Source: Sphingomonadales bacterium 39-57-19
Lineage (GTDB): Bacteria > Pseudomonadota > Alphaproteobacteria > Sphingomonadales > Sphingomonadaceae
Direction of reading: 5' to 3'
DNA: 64,000 bases
NCBI GenBank assembly: GCA_002282385.1
Contig: NCJG01000004.1
Location: 12,254 to 76,253, forward strand
Position numbers and translations under genes: made by a program. Below, piece by piece: positions 36,407 through 46,073 of this stretch. Numbering within the stretch: position 1 is the first letter of the stretch; every line of letters starts with the position of its first letter. The notes under the pieces were generated by a model, which saw only the letters and a program-made list of their open reading frames with translations, was not told the origin of the DNA and made no database searches.

Positions 36407-38353
36407 ATGCAGAAATTCTTATGCGCCATTTTATTGAGCACGGCGTCGGCCACAGGCGCTTTTGCACAAGACGCCAAGCCAGCATCGGACGCGACCATTG
36501 CCGCACAGCGCAGCATGGCGGCGCAGCTTCCGATCGAAGATGGCCGTGACCTCGAATTTGCAGATCGCGGGTTTCTTGGAAGTCTGGCGGACCCCATCAT
36601 CACCAACAAAGATGGCAAGCCTGTCTGGAATCTGGGCGCATATGACTGGATGGACAATTCGGCATCGCCGGACACAGTAAACCCCAGCCTGTGGCGGCAC
36701 ATGGGGCTTTTGCGCAAGCATGGCCTATATGCGGTGACCGACAATATGTGGCAAGTGCGGGGGTTTGATGTGTCCAACATGACCATCATCAAAGGGCAAA
36801 CGGGTTGGATTATCATCGATCCATTGACCAGCCGTGATACGGCGGCGGCAGCGATGAAGCTTGTGAATGAAAAGCTGGGTACACGCCCTGTATCTGCAGT
36901 CATTTATAGCCATAGCCATGGCGACCATTTTGGCGGGGTGCGCGGCATCGTCAATGAAGCCGATGTTAAAGCCGGCAAAGTCGCCATTATCGCGCCCGAA
37001 CATTTTCTGGCTGAAACCGCGTCTGAAAATGTGATGGCCGGTTCGGCGATGGGACGGCGGGCGACATTCCAATTTGGCACCAACTTGGCACCGGGGCCGC
37101 AGGGTCAAATGGGCAGCGGCATCGGTAAAGGCATTGGCGGCGGCGACATCACGCTCATTTCGCCAACCATCGACATTCGCAAAACCGGCGAAGTGCGCGA
37201 AATTGACGGGGTAAGCCTCGAATTTCAAATGGTGCCAGAGACAGAAGCGCCAGCGGAAATGAACGTTTACATCCCCGCAGCGCGCACATTTTTGGCCGCC
37301 GAAATAGCGACCTGCAGCCTGCACAATATTCTGACGCCGCGCGGTGCCAAGGTACGCGATACATTAAGCTGGTCCAGCTTCCTCAACGAAGCTGTCAATC
37401 TGTACGGCGACCGTAGCGATATAATGATTTCAAGCCATTGCTGGCCGCGCTTTGGACAATCCGAAGTCAAAGGATCGTTGTCGGGGCAGCGCGACAATTA
37501 CCGCTATCTGCACGACCAGACAGTCCGCATGATGAACAAGGGCATGACGCAGGCCGAAATTGCCGAGGCGTTGAAAGCGCCGCCAGCGATTGGCGACCAA
37601 TGGTTCAACAAAGGCTATTACGGCACCTACAGCCACAATTCGAAGGCCGTATATCAATATTATCTGGGTTGGTATGACGCCGTCCCTGCCAACCTTAACC
37701 CCCACCCGCCTGAAGTTCGCGCGGCGAAAATGGTCGCGGCCATGGGCGGGGCAAAGAAGCTGCTCGCGGCGGCCAAAAAGGCCATGAAGGCAGGGGACTA
37801 TCGCTGGTCCTCGGACCTGTTGAACCAATTGGTCTTTGCCGATCCCAAAAATGTTGAGGGCCGAGCTTTGCTCGCCGACAGCTACGAACAGCAAGGTTTT
37901 CAGGCTGAATCCGCGATTTGGCGTAACATGTTTCTGACCGGTGCGGCCGAGCTAAGGCATGGCATAAAGGCGGGGATAAGTTCGCAAAGCATCGACATGA
38001 TTTCAGCGATACCGACCGGCCTGTTGCTTGATTCTGTCGCGACCCGATTGGATCCGACGATCATCGGCAATACGTCGCTGAACCTGAACTTTGTGATTTC
38101 GGACCGGAAAGAGACAGCGAAAATAACAGTCAGCAATGCGGTGATGATCAGCGAAATGGGAACAGGCCATGCTGCACCAGCCGTAACCGTTACCGGACCG
38201 CGTCAGTTGTTCCTTGCTTTGTTGTTCCTGAAAATGCCGGCAGCGCAATTGCAAATGGCTGGGCTGAAGATCGAAGGCGACCGGTCGGTCGTTGACAAGC
38301 TTCAGGCGGCGCTTGACCCGATGCCGGGCGCATTCAACATCGTCGAACCTTAA
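36407..38353 (+). CDS. Alkyl sulfatase (SdsA1/YjcS family, MBL fold), exported
   Basis: Signal peptide; motifs QVRGFDVSN, SHSHGDH, ETEAPAEM, YLHDQTVR, YYGTYSHN and YLGWYD. Confidence 0.9.
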   Translation: MQKFLCAILLSTASATGAFAQDAKPASDATIAAQRSMAAQLPIEDGRDLEFADRGFLGSLADPIITNKDGKPVWNLGAYDWMDNSASPDTVNPSLWRHMGLLRKHGLYAVTDNMWQVRGFDVSNMTIIKGQTGWIIIDPLTSRDTAAAAMKLVNEKLGTRPVSAVIYSHSHGDHFGGVRGIVNEADVKAGKVAIIAPEHFLAETASENVMAGSAMGRRATFQFGTNLAPGPQGQMGSGIGKGIGGGDITLISPTIDIRKTGEVREIDGVSLEFQMVPETEAPAEMNVYIPAARTFLAAEIATCSLHNILTPRGAKVRDTLSWSSFLNEAVNLYGDRSDIMISSHCWPRFGQSEVKGSLSGQRDNYRYLHDQTVRMMNKGMTQAEIAEALKAPPAIGDQWFNKGYYGTYSHNSKAVYQYYLGWYDAVPANLNPHPPEVRAAKMVAAMGGAKKLLAAAKKAMKAGDYRWSSDLLNQLVFADPKNVEGRALLADSYEQQGFQAESAIWRNMFLTGAAELRHGIKAGISSQSIDMISAIPTGLLLDSVATRLDPTIIGNTSLNLNFVISDRKETAKITVSNAVMISEMGTGHAAPAVTVTGPRQLFLALLFLKMPAAQLQMAGLKIEGDRSVVDKLQAALDPMPGAFNIVEP

Positions 38354-38357
38354 GGGA

Positions 38358-39329
38358 TTACATTTCCCCGCGTTCGCGGCGGATTGCATACCATTTTTTG
38401 ACGTTGGCGTTGTGCTGTTGCAGCGTGTCGGCAAACACATGGCCGCCCTTGCCATCGGCGACGAAGAACAAGGCGCTCGTCGCTTGCGGGTTCAGCACGG
38501 CGGCAATCGCCGCGCGTGACGGATTGGCAATCGGACCCTTTGGCAGGCCCCTCATCGCATACGTATTATAGTCGTTGACGTCGGCTATTTCGGATTTGCG
38601 GATGCGGCGGCCAAGCGGTTTACCCTTGGTAATCGGGTAAATGATAGTCGGGTCAGCCTGAAGCATCATGCCCTTGCGCAGGCGGTTGGAATATACCCCG
38701 GCCACAATCCGCAGTTCGGATTTCAGCGCGGTTTCCTTTTCGACAATCGACGCCAGCGTCAACGCCTCAAGCGGCGTTTTAACGACCGTGTTGGGGCTAC
38801 GCTTTGGCCAAAGCTCGTCCATTGTTTTTGTCATCGCGTCTTGCATGCGTTTGAGCACGGCAGCGCGTGGCTCGCCTATGCCAAAGGCATAGCTGTCGGG
38901 CAGCACGGAGCCTTCGGCCGGCATTGCGATAGTGCCGCTGAGACGGTCATTCGCCATCAAGCGTTCGTATACCATGATCGATGGCATCCCCTCAGGGATC
39001 GTGACCATCCGCTGGACGGTTTTGCCGCCGGTCAGGATGGATAATATCTCGGCATTCGACGCCTGCGGTTGGATGATGAATTCGCCAGCCTTAATCGTGC
39101 TGGTGCCGCCAAAAATTCGCGCGCGGTTCACGAACGCATCGGCGGACTTGATAACACCGTCTTTTTCAAGCTGCTGTGCGGCCAGGGTAATGCTTGAACC
39201 GGGCTTGATAACGACAGTCACTTCGCGCTCCAGCGGGCCCGGTGCGGTCCAGCCGTAGATGAAGTTGCCCGCAATGATAGCAAGCAGCAGCGCCGCCGCT
39301 AATATCGCCCATCTGGCGAGGCGGCGCAT
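38358..39329 (-). CDS. mltG: Endolytic transglycosylase MltG
   Basis: Motifs TIPEG, LASIVEKET, LQADPT, YNTY and GLPKGPIANP. Confidence 0.95.
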   Translation of the reverse strand: MRRLARWAILAAALLLAIIAGNFIYGWTAPGPLEREVTVVIKPGSSITLAAQQLEKDGVIKSADAFVNRARIFGGTSTIKAGEFIIQPQASNAEILSILTGGKTVQRMVTIPEGMPSIMVYERLMANDRLSGTIAMPAEGSVLPDSYAFGIGEPRAAVLKRMQDAMTKTMDELWPKRSPNTVVKTPLEALTLASIVEKETALKSELRIVAGVYSNRLRKGMMLQADPTIIYPITKGKPLGRRIRKSEIADVNDYNTYAMRGLPKGPIANPSRAAIAAVLNPQATSALFFVADGKGGHVFADTLQQHNANVKKWYAIRRERGEM

Positions 39330-39333
39330 ATCG

Positions 39334-40590
39334 TCAGATAGCCTTCATGATCAAGCTGGCATTGGTACCGCCAAAGCCAAAGCTGTTGTTCAACACAGCT
39401 TTCACTTCGCGCTTTTTGGCCACATGCGGTACCAAGTCGACGCCTTCAGTGCCTTCATCGGGATTGTCCAGATTGAGCGTTGGTGGAACGATTTGATCGC
39501 GGAGCGCGAGGATGCAGAAAATGCTTTCGACCGCGCCAGCGCCGCCCAAAAGATGGCCGATGGCGGACTTGGTCGAGCTCATGGAGACGTTCGCAATCGC
39601 ATCACCAAATAGACGCTTCACAGCACCCAGTTCGATGGTGTCGGCCATCGTCGATGTGCCATGGGCGTTGATATAATCAATATCGCTTGGCGTCATGCCC
39701 GCCTTTTTCAACGCCATCTGCATCGAACGATAGGCGCCGTCGCCATCGGGGTGCGGCGCGGTGACGTGATAGGCATCACCCGAAAGGCCATAGCCCACGA
39801 CTTCGGCATAGATTTTAGCGCCGCGCGCCTTTGCGTGCTCATATTCTTCCAGAACGATAACGCCTGCGCCTTCACCCATAACAAAACCGTCGCGGTCCTT
39901 GTCATAAGGGCGGCTTGCGGCTTCGGGACGGTCGTTAAAGCTCATGTTCAATGCACGCGCTTGCGCAAAGCCCGCAATACCCAGTGGGTTGATCGTGCCC
40001 TCCGCGCCGCCAGCCAACATGATGTCCGCATCATCATCGCGGATCATACGCGCGGCATCACCAATGGAATGCGCGCCGGTGGAACAGGCGGTCACCACGG
40101 CGTGATTGGGGCCTTTTAGGCCATATTTAATGCTGACCTGACCAGAGATCAGGTTGATGAGCCGGCCATGCACAAAATGCGGGCTGACGCGGCCGGGGCC
40201 TTTTTCAGCGAGCAACAATGCTTCGCTTTCAATGCCGGGCAGACCGCCAATGCCGGATCCGATGGAGCAGCCAGCGCGCACCTTTTGTTCTTCGGTCAAT
40301 TCGGTGAGGCCGGCATCTTCCAATGCCTGACCTGCGGCATCGATGCCGTAAATGATAAAGGGATCAACCTGCCGCTGAACCTTGTGGTCAACGCGCTTGT
40401 CGGGGTCAAAGCCCCATGCGTGGTCCTTTGGCTTAACCTCGCAGGCAATATGACATTTATGGTCGCTGGCGTCAAAACGCGTAATCATGCCTGCGCCGGA
40501 TTTTCCAGCAATCAGGTTGGACCATGTCGTTTCGACATCAGCCCCCAAAGGTGTGACCAGACCCAGTCCAGTGACCACGACACGACGCAT
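39334..40590 (-). CDS. fabF: Beta-ketoacyl-ACP synthase II
   Basis: Motifs TACSTG, NAHGTST, KSAIGHLLG and NSFGFGG. Confidence 0.97.
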   Translation of the reverse strand: MRRVVVTGLGLVTPLGADVETTWSNLIAGKSGAGMITRFDASDHKCHIACEVKPKDHAWGFDPDKRVDHKVQRQVDPFIIYGIDAAGQALEDAGLTELTEEQKVRAGCSIGSGIGGLPGIESEALLLAEKGPGRVSPHFVHGRLINLISGQVSIKYGLKGPNHAVVTACSTGAHSIGDAARMIRDDDADIMLAGGAEGTINPLGIAGFAQARALNMSFNDRPEAASRPYDKDRDGFVMGEGAGVIVLEEYEHAKARGAKIYAEVVGYGLSGDAYHVTAPHPDGDGAYRSMQMALKKAGMTPSDIDYINAHGTSTMADTIELGAVKRLFGDAIANVSMSSTKSAIGHLLGGAGAVESIFCILALRDQIVPPTLNLDNPDEGTEGVDLVPHVAKKREVKAVLNNSFGFGGTNASLIMKAI

Positions 40591-40653
40591 TGCGTTATCT
40601 CCAAAATGCTAATCTTCGCAGCCCAATACCGCAAACAAGTGCCAAAATGCAAA

Positions 40654-40696
40654 CGGCTTTCCGACGGTAGCGCTGTTGACGCCGGTCGGAAAGCCG
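40654..40696 (-). terminator. Terminator/attenuator hairpin between acpP and fabF
   Basis: Perfect 12-bp stem CGGCTTTCCGAC/GTCGGAAAGCCG, followed on the minus strand by TTTGCATTTT. Confidence 0.7.
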
Positions 40697-40739
40697 CTGG
40701 AATTTATAACTGCCCGCGCGACACAGCGCGCGAGACGGT

Positions 40740-40973
40740 TCAGCCGTTGCTGTTGATGAAGTCGATCGCGTCCTTGACGGTAGCGATCTTTTCAGCCGCA
40801 TCGTCAGGAATTTCAACGTTGAATTCTTCTTCGAACGCCATGACGAGCTCAACGATGTCGAGGCTGTCTGCGCCAAGATCGTCGATGAAGCTTGCAGCTT
40901 CCGTGACCTTGTCAGCTTCAACGCCGAGATGCTCAACTACAATTTTTTTGACCCGTTCTGCGGTATCGCTCAT
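40740..40973 (-). CDS. acpP: Acyl carrier protein
   Basis: DLGADSLD phosphopantetheine site; start ATG 40973 (MSDTAERV). Confidence 0.97.
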   Translation of the reverse strand: MSDTAERVKKIVVEHLGVEADKVTEAASFIDDLGADSLDIVELVMAFEEEFNVEIPDDAAEKIATVKDAIDFINSNG

Positions 40974-41066
40974 TTTTGTGCCCCTTATATTGTTGGGAGG
41001 ATGAATTTCAGTAATCGCCCTAATGTCCAGATTGCCCGCTGGCAAGTGGCAAGCGACGGTTATGCT

Positions 41067-41804
41067 TCAAAGCATCGCCATGCCGCCATTTACATGGATT
41101 GTCTGGCCAGTGACATAGCCAGCCTCTCTCGACGCGAGATAGGCCACCGCAGCGCCAATATCCGCGCCTTCGCCCATGCGACCCATCGGGATACGCGCAT
41201 TTAGCGCTTCCTTTTGCGCATCGGGTAAAGTTTCGGTCATCGCGGTCGCAATGAAGCCCGGCGCGACGCAGTTTGCGGTGACATTGCGGCTCGCCAGTTC
41301 CTGCGCAATCGCCTTGGTCATGGCGGTGAGGCCGCCTTTTGATGCGGCATAATTGGCCTGTCCCGGGTTTCCCGTGGTGCCCACAACGCTGGTTATCGTA
41401 ATGATACGGCCAAAGCGCGCTTTCATCATCGGTTTGGTCGCCGCGCGCATGAGGCGGAATGTCGCTTCGAGGTTGATGCGGATGACGTCATCCCATTCCT
41501 CATCCTTCATGCGCATGGTCAAATTGTCGCGTGTCACGCCCGCATTGTTGACCAATATGTCGATCTTGCCCAATTTTTCGAGCGCAGCCGGGACAAGCGC
41601 TTCGACGCTATCCTTGTCGCCAAGGTTGCATGGCACCGCGACATGATCGCCGCCCAGTGATGCGCGAAAGGCTTCAAGTTTTTCGACGTTGGAGCCTGAA
41701 ACAGCCAGCTGTGCGCCTTGCGCCACAAGCGCGTGGCAGATTGCGCTGCCAATACCGCCCGATGCCCCGGTGACGAGTGCTGTCATGCCAGTAAGATCAA
41801 ACAT
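41067..41804 (-). CDS. fabG: 3-oxoacyl-ACP reductase
   Basis: Motifs TGASGGIG, NNAGVTRD, GNPGQANYAASK and VAPGFI; start ATG 41804. Confidence 0.95.
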   Translation of the reverse strand: MFDLTGMTALVTGASGGIGSAICHALVAQGAQLAVSGSNVEKLEAFRASLGGDHVAVPCNLGDKDSVEALVPAALEKLGKIDILVNNAGVTRDNLTMRMKDEEWDDVIRINLEATFRLMRAATKPMMKARFGRIITITSVVGTTGNPGQANYAASKGGLTAMTKAIAQELASRNVTANCVAPGFIATAMTETLPDAQKEALNARIPMGRMGEGADIGAAVAYLASREAGYVTGQTIHVNGGMAML

Positions 41805-41805
41805 A

Positions 41806-42609
41806 TTATTCTCCCTTAAACTCGGGTGCGCGTTTTTCGAGAAACGCGGTGATGGCTTCGTCATTATCCGCGGTGGCATGCGCAAGGCTTTGCATCGCGG
41901 CAGACATTTCGAGGATGTTTTTCAGGTCCGCCGTCTGCCCTTCGCGCAACAGCCGCTTGGTCATGCGGACGGCATGTGGCGGGTTGGCGGCGATCTTGTC
42001 CGCCACCTTGCGCGCAGCATTCATCAGATCGGCATCGTCCACGACTTCGGACACAAGGCCGATGCGCAGCGCCTCTGCCGCGTCGATGGTTTCGCCTGTC
42101 AACGCAAGCTCGGTCGCTTTGGAAAAGCCGACGATGCGGGGCAAAAGCCATGCGCCGCCATCACCCGGCGTAATGCCAAGGCGCACAAAGCTTTCCGCGA
42201 ATTTGGCTGACGCAGCCGCAATACGAATGTCGCACATCGTGGTCAGGTCAAGCCCTGCGCCGATGGCGGGGCCGTTGACGGCCGCAACAACGGGCACCTC
42301 AAGCGCCTGAAACATCAGCGGCAACCGCTGAATACCATATTTATAGTTCCGCCGCGTTTCAGCTGGCAATCCGGCGCGCAGGCCGCCGCTGTCGGGGCGC
42401 ATCTGTTTCAGATCGCCGCCCGATGAGAATACCGTTCCGGCCCCCGTTAGGATGACGCAGCGCACCGACATATCTTGGTCCGCCGCCATGAAGGCATCGC
42501 AAATCTGTTCGACGACGCCGACGTCCGATATCGGGTTGCGCTTTTCCGGCATGTTCATCGTGATGGTCAATATGCCGCCATCGCGCGACTGGAGAATTTG
42601 GTCCGTCAT
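41806..42609 (-). CDS. Crotonase/enoyl-CoA hydratase superfamily protein, non-canonical active site
   Basis: Motifs FSSGGD, VNGPAIGAG and ALRIGLV; TAATG overlap with fabD, 1 nt from fabG. Confidence 0.9.
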   Translation of the reverse strand: MTDQILQSRDGGILTITMNMPEKRNPISDVGVVEQICDAFMAADQDMSVRCVILTGAGTVFSSGGDLKQMRPDSGGLRAGLPAETRRNYKYGIQRLPLMFQALEVPVVAAVNGPAIGAGLDLTTMCDIRIAAASAKFAESFVRLGITPGDGGAWLLPRIVGFSKATELALTGETIDAAEALRIGLVSEVVDDADLMNAARKVADKIAANPPHAVRMTKRLLREGQTADLKNILEMSAAMQSLAHATADNDEAITAFLEKRAPEFKGE

Positions 42610-43547
42610 TATATGGCTTTCAACAAAGCTTCGATGTCATCCATGCTGATGACGCTCGAGGTGGTGATGTCTTCATGCGTGCTGCGCTTCACCATAGGAG
42701 ATAGCACTTTGCCGCCGAATTCAACGAAATGGGTAACGCCAGTTTCCGCCATCGCGATTGCGGACTCACGCCAGCGCACGCGGCCGGTTACCTGCTGCAC
42801 CAATTGCGCGGCGATGATGTCGGGTTCGGATACCGGCGCTGCCGTCACGTTCGCAAAAAGCGGGACCAGCGGCGCATGAATGGTCGTCGTGCCAAGCGCG
42901 CTTTGCATTTCATCGGCTGCAGGTTGCATCAATGGACAGTGAAAGGGTGCAGATACCGGCAACAATATACCGCGCTTGATCCCATGGTCCTTGGCCAGCT
43001 CAATGGCGCGATCAATTGCGCCTTTATGCCCTGAAATGACGACCTGCGACGGATCATTGTCATTTGCCACGGTGCAGGTTTCGTCCTGCGCCGCAGCCGC
43101 AGCCAACGCTTCGGCTTTCTCGATATCTGCCCCAAGCAACGCAGCCATCGCGCCAATACCAACGGGAACAGCGGCCTGCATGGCGCGACCACGAAGCTTC
43201 AACAATGCCGCCGTCACAGACAATGGCAGCGCGCCAGCGGCACATAGCGCGCTATATTCGCCCAAAGAATGGCCCGCGACGAAATTGCATTTCTCCGAAA
43301 GGCGGACGCCGCCTTCGGTTTCGAGCACGCGCAAGGTCGCAATGGCATTTGCCATAATCGCAGGCTGGGCATTTTCGGTCAGCGTAAGCTCGCTTTCGGG
43401 GCCATCACACATCAACCGGAACAGATGTTGGCCAAGCGCTTCGTCGACTTCCTGAAACACCGCGCGGGCGGTGGGGCTGGCGTCGGCGAGCGCTTTGCCC
43501 ATGCCAACCGCCTGGCTGCCTTGTCCTGGAAATATAAATGCGCGCAT
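42609..43547 (-). CDS. fabD: Malonyl-CoA:ACP transacylase
   Basis: Motifs FPGQGSQ, GHSLGEY and SAPFHC. Confidence 0.97.
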   Translation of the reverse strand: MRAFIFPGQGSQAVGMGKALADASPTARAVFQEVDEALGQHLFRLMCDGPESELTLTENAQPAIMANAIATLRVLETEGGVRLSEKCNFVAGHSLGEYSALCAAGALPLSVTAALLKLRGRAMQAAVPVGIGAMAALLGADIEKAEALAAAAAQDETCTVANDNDPSQVVISGHKGAIDRAIELAKDHGIKRGILLPVSAPFHCPLMQPAADEMQSALGTTTIHAPLVPLFANVTAAPVSEPDIIAAQLVQQVTGRVRWRESAIAMAETGVTHFVEFGGKVLSPMVKRSTHEDITTSSVISMDDIEALLKAI

Positions 43548-43583
43548 ATTCGCTCCCGTTAGTCCGTGTTTGTGCCAAATCGC

Positions 43584-44420
43584 CTATGGTGCGGCGCTGG
43601 ATGTTGCAAGCCCGAACGGCACGATGCGGTTATCGGCGTCATGGCCGATGTCCGCGCGGCCCAGATAGGCGATGCCCGTCTTGGCACACCAGCGCCGGGC
43701 GATTTCTTCTGCGCCTTCGCCAAATGGCCGTTCATTTTCGGGCACATCGCTGACACGGCCAAGCCGCAAGCCGGCGAGGCCAGCCGATTGCAAATGGGTG
43801 CCGACATTGAAAAAGGCCCGGTCAAATCCGTACAGATATTCGCTGACTTCCTCGACCATTAACACATGGCCATTCAGATCGGGCATCAACGGCGTTCCAG
43901 CCATCATGGCCAGCGTCATCAGGTTGAACGCAGCATGTTTTTCCCCGGCCTGCACATGCGGCTCAAGCGCGTGCGGCGATTGGTGCACGATCCAGTCAAG
44001 CGCACGGGGCACGGCCGCCTCGCCGCCTGCGCGTCGTATGTCCGCAGGCATGGGGCCATGGCACACGCGGCCAATGCCCGCGCGACATAAAGCGCCGAGC
44101 AAATTGCCGGCGTCGCTATAGCCCATGTACATCTTGTCAGCTGCGATGGGTTTTAGAGCTGCGACAGCGTCTTCGGCGATCCGGCACGCGCCATATCCGC
44201 CACGGACAAACCAGACCGCATCAAAGCCGGGGTCATTGGCAAGCTCTACAAAAGCGTCGCGCCGTTCGTCATCCGAGCCCGCGAAATGCCCCGCCTCGGT
44301 AAAGCATTGGTCATGAAAGTAAAGCTCCGCGCTCGGATGTGACGTGGCGGCAAGCGCCGAAACGCGTGCAGCGTCTTCACGCGTAAAGGGCGTCGACGGT
44401 GCGCATATCCCGATTTTCAT
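43584..44420 (-). CDS. LD-carboxypeptidase (S66, LdcA-like)
   Basis: Motifs VRGGYG, GYSD (Ser), VEEVSE (Glu) and IGH (His); start ATG 44420. Confidence 0.9.
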   Translation of the reverse strand: MKIGICAPSTPFTREDAARVSALAATSHPSAELYFHDQCFTEAGHFAGSDDERRDAFVELANDPGFDAVWFVRGGYGACRIAEDAVAALKPIAADKMYMGYSDAGNLLGALCRAGIGRVCHGPMPADIRRAGGEAAVPRALDWIVHQSPHALEPHVQAGEKHAAFNLMTLAMMAGTPLMPDLNGHVLMVEEVSEYLYGFDRAFFNVGTHLQSAGLAGLRLGRVSDVPENERPFGEGAEEIARRWCAKTGIAYLGRADIGHDADNRIVPFGLATSSAAP

Positions 44421-44440
44421 GAAAAGCCTTCCATCCCCAC

Positions 44441-44558
44441 ACCGTAGCCCTGAGCCGTCAGCGCGCAAGCGCTGGCGAAAAGTCGAAGGGTGCTTCACCG
44501 CCGATAACCGCCCTTTGACCGGCGCAGCCGCGATGCGACTGCTGCTCAGGACTGCGGT
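44441..44558. repeat. Four-way-junction palindromic element (REP-derived or cis-regulatory RNA)
   Basis: P1 44441-44455/44544-44558; P2 44457-44476 with a GCAA loop; P3 44482-44492/44509-44519; P4 44524-44542. Confidence 0.65.
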
Positions 44559-44608
44559 TACCTTCGCTTGCCATTGCCAAATCCCTTCCTACCCAATAAC
44601 CGACGCTT

Positions 44609-46003
44609 ATGCACAAAAACAAATCCTATTTCTTCTGTGGCATTGGCGGTTCGGGCATGTTGCCCTTGGCGAATATCGTTCGCGATGCCGGCGCAACCGT
44701 CGCCGGGTCCGACCGCGCGCTGGATCAGGGCCGCTTAGGCGCCAAGTTTGAATGGTTACAAAGCCTTGGCATCGACCTGTTTGCGCAAGACGGCAGTGGC
44801 CTCATCAGTGGCGACCAAATTCTCATTGCGTCTGCTGCTATCGAAGACAGCGTGCCGGATGTGGCCAAGGCGAATGCCTTGGGCTGCGCCCGCATGACCC
44901 GCGCAGAGCTGCTCGCGGATTTGTTTAATAATGCGCCGCGCAGCGTTGCCGTTGGCGGGACCAGCGGGAAATCGACCGTCACGGGCATGATCGGCTGGAT
45001 ATTGACCGATGCAGGGCTGGACCCGACCATCATGAACGGCGCGGTGATGAAGAATTTCGTCGCCGATGACGCGCCTTTTGCGAGCGCGCGCGTGGGGCAG
45101 GGGAATGTTTTTGTTTCGGAGGTCGACGAAAGCGATGGTTCTATCGCCTTGTTCACCCCCGAAGTCGCGGTGCTCAACAATGTCAGCCTCGACCATAAAA
45201 GCCTTGAAGAATTGCGGCAGCTGTTCGGTGACTTTGCCAAGAAAGCAAAGACAAGCGTATGGAACGCCGATGATGCAGAGACTGTGGCGCTCATGGAGCC
45301 CTTGGCGCTGGCAGGGGCCATCAGCTTCGGCTTTGCAGCGCAGGCTGATTTCCGCGCGACCGATATCGTGGACTTGCCGCTGGGCAGCCGTTTCACGCTC
45401 CACGCCATGGGCGATACCCATGACGTCGCGCTCATCGTCCCCGGTCGTCACAATATCGCCAACGCACTGGCCGCCATCGCCGCCGCGACCGCGCTCGGCG
45501 TGACAGTTGCGCAGGCCGTTCGCGCGATAGAGCGTTTCAATGGCCTAGCCCGCCGCTTCGACATTGTCGGCACCGCCAACGACATTACGGTCATCGACGA
45601 TTTCGGCCACAACCCCGACAAGATCGCCGCAACGCTTGCAACACTCAAAGCCTTCCCGGGCCGGATCATCGCCTTCTTCCAACCGCATGGCTATGGACCA
45701 ATTCGCGTGATGGGCGCTGAATTGGCCGGCGTTTTTGCCGACATGCTTGGCGAGGGCGACCACCTCATCCTGTGCGATCCTGTCTATTTCGGTGGCACTG
45801 TCGACAAGAGCATCGGCAGCCAAAGCATAACCGACGCTGTCATTGCAGCAGGCCAAAATGCCGAATATATCCCGTCGCGCGAAGATTGCGGCAACCGCAT
45901 GGTCGATCTCGCGCAACCCGGCGACCGTATCGTCATCATGGGCGCGCGGGATGACACGTTGAGCGCGTTTGCAGCGGATATTTTGGCGCGGCTTGGCGCC
46001 TAG
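44609..46003 (+). CDS. MurC/Mpl-like Mur ligase with atypical substrate motifs
   Basis: Motifs CGIGGSGM, GTSGKST, EVDESD, LDH, DDFGHNP and FQPHGY. Confidence 0.85.
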   Translation: MHKNKSYFFCGIGGSGMLPLANIVRDAGATVAGSDRALDQGRLGAKFEWLQSLGIDLFAQDGSGLISGDQILIASAAIEDSVPDVAKANALGCARMTRAELLADLFNNAPRSVAVGGTSGKSTVTGMIGWILTDAGLDPTIMNGAVMKNFVADDAPFASARVGQGNVFVSEVDESDGSIALFTPEVAVLNNVSLDHKSLEELRQLFGDFAKKAKTSVWNADDAETVALMEPLALAGAISFGFAAQADFRATDIVDLPLGSRFTLHAMGDTHDVALIVPGRHNIANALAAIAAATALGVTVAQAVRAIERFNGLARRFDIVGTANDITVIDDFGHNPDKIAATLATLKAFPGRIIAFFQPHGYGPIRVMGAELAGVFADMLGEGDHLILCDPVYFGGTVDKSIGSQSITDAVIAAGQNAEYIPSREDCGNRMVDLAQPGDRIVIMGARDDTLSAFAADILARLGA

Positions 46004-46073
46004 CGATAACGCGACGTCGCGCCATTCCGGCGAATCGCTTGCTTTTCCCGCAAATCCCACCTAAGCGCGCCAC

